Part shown: positions 9,478 through 20,200 of the stretch, in pieces
Numbering within the stretch: position 1 is the stretch's first letter
How the letters are laid out: every line of letters starts with the position of its first letter
NCBI GenBank assembly: GCA_965261595.1
Contig: CBDHDG010000007.1
Location: 800,001-864,000 of the forward strand
Reading direction: 5' to 3'
From: a bacterium
GTDB lineage: Bacteria > UBA8248 > JACPRG01 > G963555815
Length of the DNA stretch: 64,000 nucleotides
Notes under the pieces: model-generated
Databases searched by the model: none
Seen by the model: the letters and a program-made list of their open reading frames with translations, nothing else
Told to the model about the DNA's origin: nothing
Translations under genes and position numbers: made by a program

Positions 9478-10768
9478 GCGCTTGCTCCCTTTTGACGGTT
9501 CGGGCGTGCACCCCGACAAGGACGAGAAGCAGGAGCAGCCCCCCCAATCCCGGTCCGCCCAGGATTTTCCACGAATCCAGCGTTGTGGAAAGCGAGGCGT
9601 CCGCCAGCCAGTCGAAGACCCGCATCGGGACGGGCGGGCTCATCATCAAGTAGGCCGCGGCGAGGGCCGCCGCCCAAATCCGGCGCGAGACTTTCCGGCC
9701 GGCGGACGCGTCCTCCCGGAAGAGCTGAACCGCCGCCGCCGAAATCCCCGGCAGGGCGAGGGCCAGATAATACGTCTGGTTGCGGTTGATGAGCATCACC
9801 ATCATCAGCAGGAGGAGACCGCATTCCTGGGCGAGGGGACCCGGCCTCGACGAAGGGATGCGGAGGATTCCGTACGCCGCCAGCATGGCCAGCACGGCCA
9901 GGTTGACCCATCCCGCCCACTTGCGGACTTGCTCGGAATTCCGGACGCGAAGCCAAAGCCCTTCAGGCCGTCCCTCGATGAAAACCCGCTGGATCAGATT
10001 CACCAGGGACTGGTTGTTCGCGTGGGTCATGTCGTGTCCCGCGCCGAATGTCGTGGCCCGATATTCTTTCACCGAGTTGGATAGACGCCAGGGGAGCATC
10101 GGCGACAAGGCGGCCAGGATGATCGCCGCCGCGAGCACGGCGGCGCCCACCCCCTTCCATCGCCGTTTCCAGGCCAGGTAGGAAATGAACATCACGGGCA
10201 GGAACTTCAGCGTGGCGGCGATGACGATCCCGATCCCGCCGCGCGCCTGACGGTCCCAATACGCAAACGCCCAGAGGATGAGGAGCATCTCGGGCAGCTC
10301 GATGGCGCGCTGCCCGATGGAGGCGTGCAGGGGCGTGAAATTCAACCAGATGAGCGCGAGAAAAGACCACTCCACCCATCCGGTGAGATTGAGCAGCCTG
10401 CGGCCCACCAGCCAGAAGGCCGCCCCGATCGAGCACCACAGCGCGAGAAGGACCAGCCAGTCGATCAGGCTGTAGGAGCTGAAGAGGGTCAAGGGAAGGG
10501 TGATCACGTGAAACCCGGGACCGTAATTCCAGTATCCCTGAAGGCTGACGTGACTGTCGGCAAAAATGTTGTCCTTCAGGAGAACCGGATTGTAGGCCTC
10601 GGTGAAGGGCGCGGGGAAGGCTGAATAGAAATCCCCGGTGATGGAGCGGGCGGGCGTGAACACGCCCCCGTACAGGAATCGCAGAATCCCGTAGGCCAAG
10701 AACGCGACGCAGGCTGTTCTTACCCATTTCCGGTGGCGCACCCCTTGCCTTCTCCCTCCCGGCTTCAA
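9467..10768 (-). CDS. GT87-like (DUF2029) membrane glycosyltransferase
   Basis: GDFYS, WNYGP, AATLKFLP and NNQSL motifs in a polytopic membrane protein. Confidence 0.7.
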   Translation of the reverse strand: MKPGGRRQGVRHRKWVRTACVAFLAYGILRFLYGGVFTPARSITGDFYSAFPAPFTEAYNPVLLKDNIFADSHVSLQGYWNYGPGFHVITLPLTLFSSYSLIDWLVLLALWCSIGAAFWLVGRRLLNLTGWVEWSFLALIWLNFTPLHASIGQRAIELPEMLLILWAFAYWDRQARGGIGIVIAATLKFLPVMFISYLAWKRRWKGVGAAVLAAAIILAALSPMLPWRLSNSVKEYRATTFGAGHDMTHANNQSLVNLIQRVFIEGRPEGLWLRVRNSEQVRKWAGWVNLAVLAMLAAYGILRIPSSRPGPLAQECGLLLLMMVMLINRNQTYYLALALPGISAAAVQLFREDASAGRKVSRRIWAAALAAAYLMMSPPVPMRVFDWLADASLSTTLDSWKILGGPGLGGLLLLLVLVGVHARTVKREQAHAA

Positions 10769-11220
10769 CGCCCGGACCGCCCCCTTCCCCCCCTCGGGAA
10801 TCGATCAGGGGCGGGCCAGATGATAGCACCGAGGGGCGCTTGCACGCCAGCCAAGGGCACTTGCGTGCCAGCCAAGCTGCGCCTGAGGCACTTGCGTGCC
10901 GGCCAAGCTGCGGTTGGAGGGCCTTGCGCTGACCACCACGTCCTTGGCGCACGGTGGGGCTTTTAGCCTGGGTTTCTCGCCAACTTTAACGCCCGAACGG
11001 GGTAGTTCGATTGAACCGGTTGGCTCCTCGTCCCGGCCCGCATTGTGTCTCTATCCTTTTCCTTTTCCAATCTGTGTAATCTGTGGATCGCCTTGAGGCG
11101 GAGCGAACGAGGGGGTCCACTGCGGAAGAAACACGGCGAGATCCTCACACGGGGATTTTCAATCCCCACTCAGGATGACAACCTCTGAATCAAGCTAGAT
11201 CGGAAAAAAGTATGGCGGCG

Positions 11221-11312
11221 GAAAAAGGGGTCAGATCTATTTTTCGCAGCCCGGCGAGTCGACGGCAACTCTCGCTCAACGCATGAGATGAAAAATAGAT
11301 CTGTCCCCTTTT
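11221..11312. repeat. Inverted palindromic unit GGGGTCAGATCTATTTT...AAAATAGATCTGTCCCC
   Basis: Near-perfect inverted pair; related units at about 12998-13045, 16349-16372, 17173-17195 and 32347-32393. Confidence 0.6.
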
Positions 11313-11535
11313 TGTCTCCTTGAACGTAAACCATTAGAAACTGCTATTCAACAAACGACGAAAGTAAAACTCTCTGCGCTTAAAAAGACACATGTTACAT
11401 TCATCTCACCTAAGAAAGGTGAACTACCACAAGCCCGTCTAGGGTGAATTCAATATAGCAAGCCATTTAATAAGATAAAACGAGTTAAAAAAAGCTGAAA
11501 ATATCTACACTGAAGGATGTAAGGGAACAAACCTT

Positions 11536-12939
11536 TCCCCCGCTCTAGGGTTTTGTTGGACACTCGATTGATCCATGATTCATGGAGAAAGGGGTGTCGC
11601 GATGAACGAACAAAAGCAAGAGGGGGCTTTGGCGGAGGGCGCCCGCAGGGCGAACGGAGCCAAGGCCCCAGGGCATCGCAGTGAGCGGGGTCGGTTCTCC
11701 TGCCAGCGCAAGCGGGAGGCGGTCCTGCGTCTTTTGCGGGGCGAGAGCCTGGAGACGCTCTGCCGCGAGTTGGGCACGACAGCGGCTCGGCTTTCCGCCT
11801 GGCGCGAGGCGTTCCTTCGCGCGGGCGAGGCGGCGCTCAAAGCCCGCCCGGCGGATGAGCGGGACGAGGAGAACGCCCGGCTCAAGGCCAAGGTGGGCGA
11901 ACTCACGATGGAGGGCGAGGTCCTGCGGGAGAAGATCGACCGCCTGGAGGCCGGCCGCCCTTTAGCCGGCAGGAGGTGGAGGCGATGAGTCAGGCCCGCT
12001 TCACCTCCACGGGCAGAGCCTACGGCCTGAAGCGGGTGTGCGCCCTTTGAGGCTTGGCGCGCTCCACGGTCTACGCGCAACGGCGGCGAGAGGCGGTCCC
12101 CGTTCATGAACGCCCCACGCCCAATAAGCGCGGCCCTGTGGGCCCGTGCACCGATGCGGAACTCCTCGGCCACATCCGGCAGGTCCTGGAGGACTCTCCC
12201 TTCCATGGCGAGGGCTACCGCAAGGTGTGGGCGAGGCTGCGCTTCGCGGGCATCCGCACCAGCAAGGAGCGGGTGCGTCGCCTGATGCGGGAGGCGGGGC
12301 TTCAGGCCCCCCACCGGGTGGGCAAACCCCGAGGTCCCAAGGCCCACAACGGGACCATCCGCACCGAGCGGCCCGACCGAATGTGGGGCACGCACATGAC
12401 GACGACGGTGACCACCGAGGAGGGGATGGCCTCGGTGTTCGTGGCGGTGGATCACTGCTCGGTGGACTGCGTGGGGATCCATGCGGCCAAGAGCGGCAAC
12501 CGCTTCGAGGCCCTGGAGCCGATCCGGCAGGGGGTCGCCGAGCGCTTCGCCGGCTTGGAGGCGGACGTCGCCGAGGGGCTTAAAGTTCGTCACGACCACG
12601 GCCCCGCCTATCTGTCCGATGACTTTCAGCGGGAGATCGCCTACCTGGGCATGACCAGTTCGCCCAGCTTCGTGCGGGCGCCCGAGGGAAATGGCTACTG
12701 TGAGTGGTTTATCCGCATCTTGAAGGAGAATCTCCTGTGGGTGCGCTCTTTCGCCACCGTAGAGGAACTGCGGTGGGCGCTGCTTGAGTTCAAGAACCTG
12801 TACAACCATCATTGGATTCTCGAGGGCTACGGCTACCGAACGCCGGCCCAGGCAAGGCAGGAAAAACTCGCTCAAGTTGCGGAGGCCGCATGAGGTCGAA
12901 TACCCTCACCAGAGTGTCCAATAACCCAGGGGCGGTCCA
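11536..12939 (+). mobile_element. IS3-family element A, copy 1 (1404 bp); orfB has TGA at 12048-12050 and D->H in WGTD
   Basis: Ends TCCCCCGCTC...GGGGCGGTCCA; TSD CCTT; orfA to 11988 overlapping the orfB ATG (ATGA); rve-type orfB. Confidence 0.95.
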
Positions 12940-13099
12940 CCTTTGATTACTTCTTTGAAGCGGAGTGTGAGGAATAATGGCGTCGAGTTATGGAGGGGGA
13001 AAAGGGGTCAGATCTATTTTTTGCGAAATATGGGGTCTGACCCCATTACCCCGCGATTGTCTCCTGTCAAGATTTGACGCCGTCTCATCCTCGAATTCC

Positions 13100-13193
13100 T
13101 GTTTGACAGGTTCGGTAGAGAGCGGTCTAATCGGGCTAAACAGCAAGGAGTGGTGGGTACGGGCCTGTCCTGATTTGAAATGAGAAAATCCGG
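13100..13193 (+). mobile_element. Orphan right end of an IS1380 element with outward promoter-like sequence
   Basis: Aligns by eye with 36690-36783; TTGACA-17bp-TCTAAT. Confidence 0.7.
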
Positions 13194-13282
13194 TCTCTAC
13201 GCCGATGATTTGACACATCCAATTGCGACCCGATGTTCCTTCTTCCCCGCACCGCACCCCTGTCAACCAGGAGGGCAAGCCG

Positions 13283-14775
13283 ATGGCTGGCGATCTCTTT
13301 TTCACCAACGGCTTCATCATCACCCTCAACCCGAATGGGGATATCTTTGAGAATGGCGATCTCCTGGTCCGCGAGGGTGTCATCGAGGCTGTCGGAACAA
13401 ACTTGGAGGCCCCGCCTGATTTCGATGGCTCCCTCATGGATCTCCAGGGAAAGCTCGTCCTCCCCGGTATGGTCAACTGCCACTGCCACTTCGAAGAGAC
13501 GGCCATCCGCACTCTCAACTACGGGTTGCCCCTGGAAACCTGGCTCTCATACAAGATTTCCGCTCTCAAATTTCTCGATCTATCAAAGGAAGAGCTCACG
13601 GCTATCCTGACCCTCACCTGCGTCGACATGCTGGAACATGGCGTGACCTCAGGGCTCAACCACATGAGGGCCGGCAGGGCCGTCGAGGAGGACAGTCTGG
13701 ACGCGGCCATCGCCGCGTTTGTCGCCTCGGGGCTGAGGGCCGTGCTCTGCCCCCAGATCTCCGATCGCCCGTTACGAGACCAAATCCCCATCGACCTGGA
13801 GGGCCTGCCGGATTCGGTCCGGGCGTGGTTCGCGGCGGAGCAACCCCCCCCACGGAATTGATCCTCGAGCGCGCGGAGGCCGTGCTTGACAAGGCCGAGG
13901 GCGCCCGGTCTTCCCGCGTCTCGGGAGGCATTGGCCCCTCATCGCCCCGGGGGTGCACGGACGCGCTTCTCCGGGGTTGTGCGGACTTGTCGGAAAAGCG
14001 CGGCGTTCCGCTTCACACCCATCTTCTGGAAAGCCGAACGCAGGTTCATCAAGGACGGAAGATGTACGGTTCCACCATCCCGGAGCACCTCCGCGACCTG
14101 GGTTATCTCTCCCCCCGGACATCCTTCGCCCATGCGATCTGGGTCAGTGAAGGGGACATCCGGCTTTTGGCCGAGACCGGTTGCAGGGTGGCGCACAACC
14201 CCGCGTCCAACCTTAAATTGGGGAGCGGAATCGCGCCCGTGCGGAAATACCTGGATGCCGGCGTGCCCGTAGGGCTTGGAATCGACGGAGCGAACAGTAG
14301 CGATTAGGGGAGCGTCTTTCACCAGGCGCATCTCGCGGCGCTGGTTCACAACATTCGGGAAGGGGATCCAGAGCGTGGGGTGGCCCCTGTCGAAGCCCTC
14401 CGTATGGCCACCACGGGCGGTGCGGCGGTGATGCTGATGGAGGATCGGGTGGGAACCATTGAGCCGGGCAAGCACGCAGACCTGGTCGTGCTGAACCGGA
14501 CGCTGAATTTCGAGCCCTGGATCGACCCTTTGAACAGCCTCGTTTTTGCGGAGGATGGGGAATCGGTCGATCAGGTTTTCGTGGAAGGCGAAGAGGTGGT
14601 TCGAGACGGGCGGGCCGTCTGCGCGAATCGGGAGGAGATGCTGAAAACCGTCGAAGGGGCGGCGAAGCGGCTCCGGGAAAATCGTCCCGCCGCCCTGGCC
14701 GAAGCGGATGAGTTACACCCTCACCTCATGGCCTTATCCAGAACGTACTCCGCCCTTCCGCTGGATCACGCCTGA
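13283..14775 (+). pseudogene. Amidohydrolase (AtzA/TrzA/MTA-SAH deaminase-like), disrupted
   Basis: PGMVNCHCH, HTHLLE, AHNPASN and GIDG motifs; frameshift in C-run at about 13844-13851; in-frame TAG at 14305-14307. Confidence 0.85.
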
Positions 14776-15056
14776 GAGGTTTCCGGTCTCAGGATGAGGG
14801 TCGGCGGCGGGCTGTCCGATGATGGGAAAGATAGGGGTCGAATCTTTCGTCAACGGGATAATCCCGCGAACCTCCCCCACCTGACAATCCCCGCCTGCCG
14901 TGGATCGTGAAAAACCAGGAAGCCAATCGGCCCCGGCTCGCTTGCGCCCGCAAATCCCCCCTCCACCGAATCATAGAGCTTCTCCCAGAAGGCTTGCGAT
15001 AGAACCGACCGCGCGACTTTCAAGGTCCGGCGCAAAGACAGGGGGTTGTTTGAGAC

Positions 15057-16316
15057 TTACGACGTCTTCACCGGCGGTGATTTAATGGCCGCGCAACAAG
15101 CCGACGCACCGGCCAGAAGTCCGGCGGTCAGGAAGAAGATCAACCGATAGCTTCCGGTGGCGTCGAAGGTCGCCCCCGCCGCATAAGGCCCCATCAGGGC
15201 GCCCAGGGAATGCCCAATCAACATGTATCCGTGAAGGGTCCCCAGCGGGTTTCGTCCAAACAGGTGGGCCGACATCCCGGGAGTCAGGGGGGTTGTGGCC
15301 TGATGGAAAAGTCCGTAGAGGACGACTACGCCGAACAGCATGACTACGCTGTCCGTTAGGCCAAGGAGCAGAATCCCCACGCACCGAATGGCGTAGATCA
15401 TCACGAGCGGAGCGCGATATCCAATCCGATCGGCCCATGCGCCCATCCAGAGGACGCCGATGATGGACAAGCCGCCGATCAGGCCGAACGCGTTAGCGGC
15501 CGTCTGTTCTCTGACGCCGATTCCGGTGGCGAAGATGGGGAAATGAACGTAAATGACGAAATCCGTAAATCCGCACGCGACATAGCTGGCGAAAAGGAGC
15601 CAGAAGGATCGGGTCCGCAAGGCTTCCCGGACTTCTCCCCGGGGAATCCACGCGATTCTCCTGTCAATGGGCTTCGCGGGACCGGATTCTGATGTGGCCG
15701 CGCCGTCCGGTGAAAGGCCCATCTTTTCCGGGGATTCCCGAAGAAACAGATACACTGCCGGTGCGAGAAGCCCCCAAAGCATCCCGGCCCAAATGATAAA
15801 TGTCCAGCGCCAACCATAGGCCCCGATGAGGAATTGCGAGAACGGGACGAGCAGGAGCTGCCCGGCGTTATAGCCGGCGATGGATATGGCCAGCGCCTTT
15901 CCGCGGGACCGGACGAACCACCGGGAGATCAGAACGGCGTTGGTCGTCATCGTCGCGAGGCCGGTTCCCGTCGCGACCAGCAGGCTGTAAGTCGCAAACA
16001 GGGCCCAGGCGGATGTCGCGAAGGAAGAAAGAAGACACCCCAACCCCATCAGGCCGACACCGAAGAGGTTCAACCGCCTGGCGCCGAACCGATTCACGAG
16101 GGTTCCGGCCAGAAATGCGCCCGCCGCCCAGAAAATCATCCCGACGGTGATGATCAGCGAGAGCCTCCCCCGGGCGACGCCGAATTCCGCCAGCAGCGGC
16201 TTGAAGAACACGCCGAAACCCGACCAGATCCCCCCCGCGAACGCCAAGCTGGAAAATCCGAGAAGGACAATGACCCACCCGTAGAAAAATCCCCCCTGTA
16301 CGGATTTGGGGTGCAT
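15057..16316 (-). CDS. MFS transporter (OFA/monocarboxylate-like)
   Basis: FYGWVIV start, WFVRSRGKA and GAWADRIG motifs, about 12 TMs. Confidence 0.85.
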   Translation of the reverse strand: MHPKSVQGGFFYGWVIVLLGFSSLAFAGGIWSGFGVFFKPLLAEFGVARGRLSLIITVGMIFWAAGAFLAGTLVNRFGARRLNLFGVGLMGLGCLLSSFATSAWALFATYSLLVATGTGLATMTTNAVLISRWFVRSRGKALAISIAGYNAGQLLLVPFSQFLIGAYGWRWTFIIWAGMLWGLLAPAVYLFLRESPEKMGLSPDGAATSESGPAKPIDRRIAWIPRGEVREALRTRSFWLLFASYVACGFTDFVIYVHFPIFATGIGVREQTAANAFGLIGGLSIIGVLWMGAWADRIGYRAPLVMIYAIRCVGILLLGLTDSVVMLFGVVVLYGLFHQATTPLTPGMSAHLFGRNPLGTLHGYMLIGHSLGALMGPYAAGATFDATGSYRLIFFLTAGLLAGASACCAAIKSPPVKTS

Positions 16317-16404
16317 GTCATGCTCTCCAAAATATCTCTTGGGGGGAAATTGGGGTCAGGTCCAACATTTCCCAAGTTTCTCACGAAGGTCGGGAAAGAG
16401 GAAA

Positions 16405-16934
16405 GTGGCCAGCTTCAGGGCCAGGCGCATCAGTTCCGGATTGGCGTCGTTGTTGGCATTGGCCAGATGCTCCAGAAACCGGCTCCCGGTCTTACCGATC
16501 TTCGGCGCCACCTCCGTCAGCCAGATAGTGCACCTCAACCGCTTCCACCTGGCAAAAAAATGGCCGTATCTCGTTGAACTTGTGATGCCGCCAATGCTGG
16601 AGCAGGCGCGCCGTTTCCGGCGTGACCTGCCAATCGTTGGGATTCGGCAGGCTGCGCCACCGGTCTACATGGCGGCGCAGCTCATTGATGACCGGCGTGG
16701 GGTCGTACCGTTGCTCCTCGGTCGAAAGCCCTTTGCCTTCGTCAAAGACGATGGTTTTTTGCTCGGTAGCGCCCTTGCGCTTTCGGGGCTTTGGCACAGG
16801 CGTGATGAACTCTGCGTGGCGACGTCTTTCGATGATCTGGTGGGTCGGCTGGCCCTCCTCATCCAACTCCCAGTGGCGAGCTGGGTGCTCGTAAGGGGAA
16901 TTGAGGATCGGGTGCTCAAAAAAGGCTCAGTCAT
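16405..16934 (-). pseudogene. N-terminal fragment of a type III restriction (Res-like) endonuclease
   Basis: Across frames reads PILNSPYEHPARHWELD..TPETARLLQHWR..RPFFCQVEAVE..IWLTE..RLALKLAT and stops just before the expected Walker A GxGKT. Confidence 0.7.
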
Positions 16935-17511
16935 TCAGAAGGCTCCAGACAGGCCAATTATTCGATTGCTAGGAAATGACCATGTCAGGCGACATAATCC
17001 CCCAAGGATCCCATTTTTAGAAGAACCTTAGCACAATACTCTCTTTTCGGGCCAAGCATCTCCTCATGGCGGGGTCGGAGGATGGAGCAGACCGCGAAGG
17101 AGGCCCAGGGCCAAGTCTTACATTCTAATGTTTTCCGACTTTCGTCCTACTTTTTGAAAAGAAAAGTGGTGGAATTGGGGTCGGACTCTAATTTCTTGCT
17201 CCGACGACTCCAGTCAAAACCGGGTCAACTCCAGGGGTGGATTGGGGCGGGGGATTTTTCGGGCCTCCCCCGGAAGGGCCGTGAAATTCGGGTTCGGCGA
17301 CCTCACAAGACCAAACACCCAACGGGGCGGGTCCGGGGAAGCCGGTTCAAACCAGCAACACCGTCCCGCTTCATTGACAGATGAGAGATGTTAAAGATAA
17401 AAGGAAAACTTAATGAAACATCGTTTTGAGATGGGGGTGACGGCGTGAAATCCGGCCATGACGGGCGAGAACGCGGCCATTTCCTTCGTTCAACAAAGGG
17501 GGGGATTCGAG

Positions 17512-18510
17512 ATGGTTTTTGCGAGACGGACGTGCAAATGGGCTTTCGGAACGGCTGCCGTTCTCGGGCTGGTTCTCAGCCTGGGGGTCGCCGCTTATCC
17601 GGCCGAGAAGATCCAGTTCCAGAACTGGTGGGTCTGGCAGCCGAACACCAGCCCCTTCTGGCTGGCCATCGACAGTGGCTTCTATAAGGCGGAGGGCCTG
17701 GACGTCAATTACGTCGAGGGCAAAGGGTCGTCGTACGCCATTCAGGCCGTCGGGGCCAATAAGGCGGACATCGGCGTGTCCGACCTGGGCACGGCCGCTT
17801 TCGGCATATCCAAAAAGACCCCCCATCAAGGCCATCTTCTCCTTCCTGCAAAGCGGGCCCCAGGCGGTCATCTCGCACAGGGAGACCGGGATCAAAAACC
17901 CGAAAGACTTGGATGGAAAGCGGCTGGCGTTCGGCCCGGCGGACAGCGGCTGGATCCTCTTCCCCGCCTTCGCCAGCGCCAACGGCATCGACATGTCGAA
18001 GATCATCCAGGTGAGCGCGGGGCCGGCCTCGATGCGCCAGCTTCTTCTCGCCAAAAAGGTAAACACGATTCTCAACTACTTCACCTCCATTCCCGAGATG
18101 GCGTCCCGGGGCGCGGACCTGACCTATCTTCGCTACGCCGACTATAAGGTGAGCCTCCTGGGCGGCGGGCTGATTGCCCATACCGAGACCCTCAAGAACC
18201 GGGGCGCGATGCTCCGAAAGTTCGTCAAGGCCACAACGAAGGGGTTTGCGGAGGCCATGAAGGATCCGGAAAAATCAATCACCGGCCTGATGAAGCGGGC
18301 CCCCATGACGGTCTCGAAGAAGAATATCGCGATCCAAAACCTGAAGATGTCGCTGAGCCTGCTGCACACGAAACGCTCCAAAGGCAAGGCCATCGGCTGG
18401 ATGGACAGGAAGGACTGGGAGAGCACCATCCATCTGTTGGCAAAGTATCGGAAAATGAAGCCGCTCGCTGTGGATCGGTACTTCACCAACGCATTTTCCC
18501 GAAGAACTGA
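17512..18510 (+). pseudogene. ABC substrate-binding protein, NMT1/THI5 family; two compensating frameshifts
   Basis: 999 bp like the intact paralogue; +1 C at about 17820 and -1 T at about 18495, both in homopolymers. Confidence 0.8.
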
Positions 18511-18559
18511 GCCGCTTAACCCGGACCGCTCGGCGGCATTTACGCAGGTGCCCCCTCTT

Positions 18560-18735
18560 GTCATTCCCGCGCAGGCGGGAATCCAGAAGTGTTTCAGATC
18601 GGTCCCAATCAATCTGACCTCCACCTGCACCGAAGGCCTTTCTCCCTCTCGTATACTTCTCTATTCAATGATCACTTGGGCAGGAGGATGGACCCGCGGC
18701 TCAGAACGCTGGATTCCCGCCTGCGCGGGAATGAC
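18560..18735. repeat. 27-bp perfect inverted repeat pair (ATTCCC-N8-GGGAAT core; REP/RS3-like)
   Basis: GTCATTCCCGCGCAGGCGGGAATCCAG at 18560-18586 and its exact reverse complement at 18709-18735. Confidence 0.85.
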
Positions 18736-18967
18736 GGCTTGGGGTGGATGTTTGACAGCGCCTGTTATCGAGATCGCTGGCACCGCGCGGCCGATTAAAA
18801 ACCGGGGATCTCTGACTGTCCCGCTTCATTGACAGATGGGAGAAGTTGAAGGTATAAGGTAAACTTACAGGGATGTCGTTTCTGGATGACGGTCGCTGCG
18901 TGAAATTCGGCCGCGATGGATGAAGAATGCGGCCATCTTCTTCGTTCAACAAAAAGGATGATTCGAG

Positions 18968-19966
18968 ATGGTTTTTGCGAGACAGATGTTCAAATGGACT
19001 TTCAGTATGGCTGCTGTTCTCGGGCTGGTTCTTAGTCTCGGGGCTAGCGTTTACGCGGGTGAGAAGATCCAATTCCAGAACTGGTGGGTCTGGAACCCAA
19101 ACATCAGCCCCTTCCACCTGGCCATCGACAACGGCTACTACAAAGCGGAGGGCTTGAATGTTAACTACGTCGAAGGCAAAGGGTCATCGATGGCCATTCA
19201 GGCGGTCGGGGCCGAGAAGGCGGACATCGGCGTGTCCGACCTTGGAACAGCAGCCTTCGCCATATCCAAAAATACCCCAATTAAGGCCATTTTCTCCTTC
19301 TTGCAAAGCGGGCCCCAGTCGGCCGTCTCACACAGGGAGACTGGGATCAAAAAGCCGAAAGACTTAGAAGGAAAGCGGATTGCATTCGGCCCAGCAGATA
19401 GTGGCTGGATTCTCTTTCCCGCCTTTGCGGCCGCAAATGGCATCGACATGTCGAAGATCATTCAGGTGGCTGCGGGACCTTCCTCCATCCAGCAGCTTCT
19501 CCTCGCTAAAAAGGTGGATGTCGCCCTCACCTATTTCACCTCCGTTCCCGAGATGGCGTCCCAAGGCGCGGATCTCACTTATCTTCGTTACGCCGACTAT
19601 AAGGTTAGTCTTATTGGTGGTGGGTTAGTTGTCCATACCAATACAATCAAAAATCGGGGAGCGATGCTTCGAAAGTTTGTCAGAGCTTCGTCGAAGGGAT
19701 TTGCAGCAGCTCGAAAAGATCCGGAGAAGTCAGTCGCAGGTCTTATGAAACGGGCTCCCATGACTATTTCAAAGAAGAAGATTGCTGTCCAAAACCTAAA
19801 GATGTCACTGAGTCTCTTGCACACGAAACGCTCCAAAGGCAAGCCCATCGGCTGGATGGCTCCGGAGGATTGGGAGGACACGATTCGCCTGTTGGCGAAG
19901 TACCGAAAGATGAAGGCGCGGCCCGTGGATCAGTACTACACCAACGCGTTTTTCTCGAAGAACTGA
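18968..19966 (+). CDS. ABC substrate-binding protein, NMT1/THI5 (SsuA/TauA-like) family
   Basis: Signal peptide; GYYKAEGLNV, GKGS and GIKKPKDLEGKRIA motifs. Confidence 0.85.
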   Translation: MVFARQMFKWTFSMAAVLGLVLSLGASVYAGEKIQFQNWWVWNPNISPFHLAIDNGYYKAEGLNVNYVEGKGSSMAIQAVGAEKADIGVSDLGTAAFAISKNTPIKAIFSFLQSGPQSAVSHRETGIKKPKDLEGKRIAFGPADSGWILFPAFAAANGIDMSKIIQVAAGPSSIQQLLLAKKVDVALTYFTSVPEMASQGADLTYLRYADYKVSLIGGGLVVHTNTIKNRGAMLRKFVRASSKGFAAARKDPEKSVAGLMKRAPMTISKKKIAVQNLKMSLSLLHTKRSKGKPIGWMAPEDWEDTIRLLAKYRKMKARPVDQYYTNAFFSKN

Positions 19967-20200
19967 GACGGAGCGGGACCTGGGCCAGTCCGCCCGGGTC
20001 CCGCCCGTGAGGCCTCTCTGAAGTGTTCCGATGGTCCCCGGTTCCACCCGCGGCCGAGGTCGGGGCGATAGGCGCGAGCATTACCGGGAAAGGGGACACC
20101 TGACGCGGGGTCCCCGGCGGGCCGGACAACGCCGGAAGCATCCGGAATCTGGAATCCCCCCCCCTCCCCCCCCCTGAGGCCGACGTAGGAGAAAAAAAGC

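Noticed and set aside
10838..10912. CRISPR array
   Set aside because: Repeats too short, gaps only a few bases, no cas genes seen
12048..12050. Selenocysteine or Trp readthrough at the TGA in IS orfB
   Set aside because: Five other copies have TGG; TGA is used as a normal stop elsewhere in the window
11580..12875. 431-aa antisense ORF repeated in each IS copy
   Set aside because: Shadow of the transposase in GC-rich DNA; conserved only because the copies are near-identical
4554..14307. Genome-wide TAG recoding suggested by in-frame TAGs
   Set aside because: TAG ends several complete genes at their natural C-termini (e.g. tadA 34733, BMP 39292, PilZ 4062); the amidohydrolase with a TAG also carries a frameshift
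16306..17031. 241-aa plus-strand ORF
   Set aside because: Antisense to the restriction endonuclease fragment, which carries the recognisable motifs
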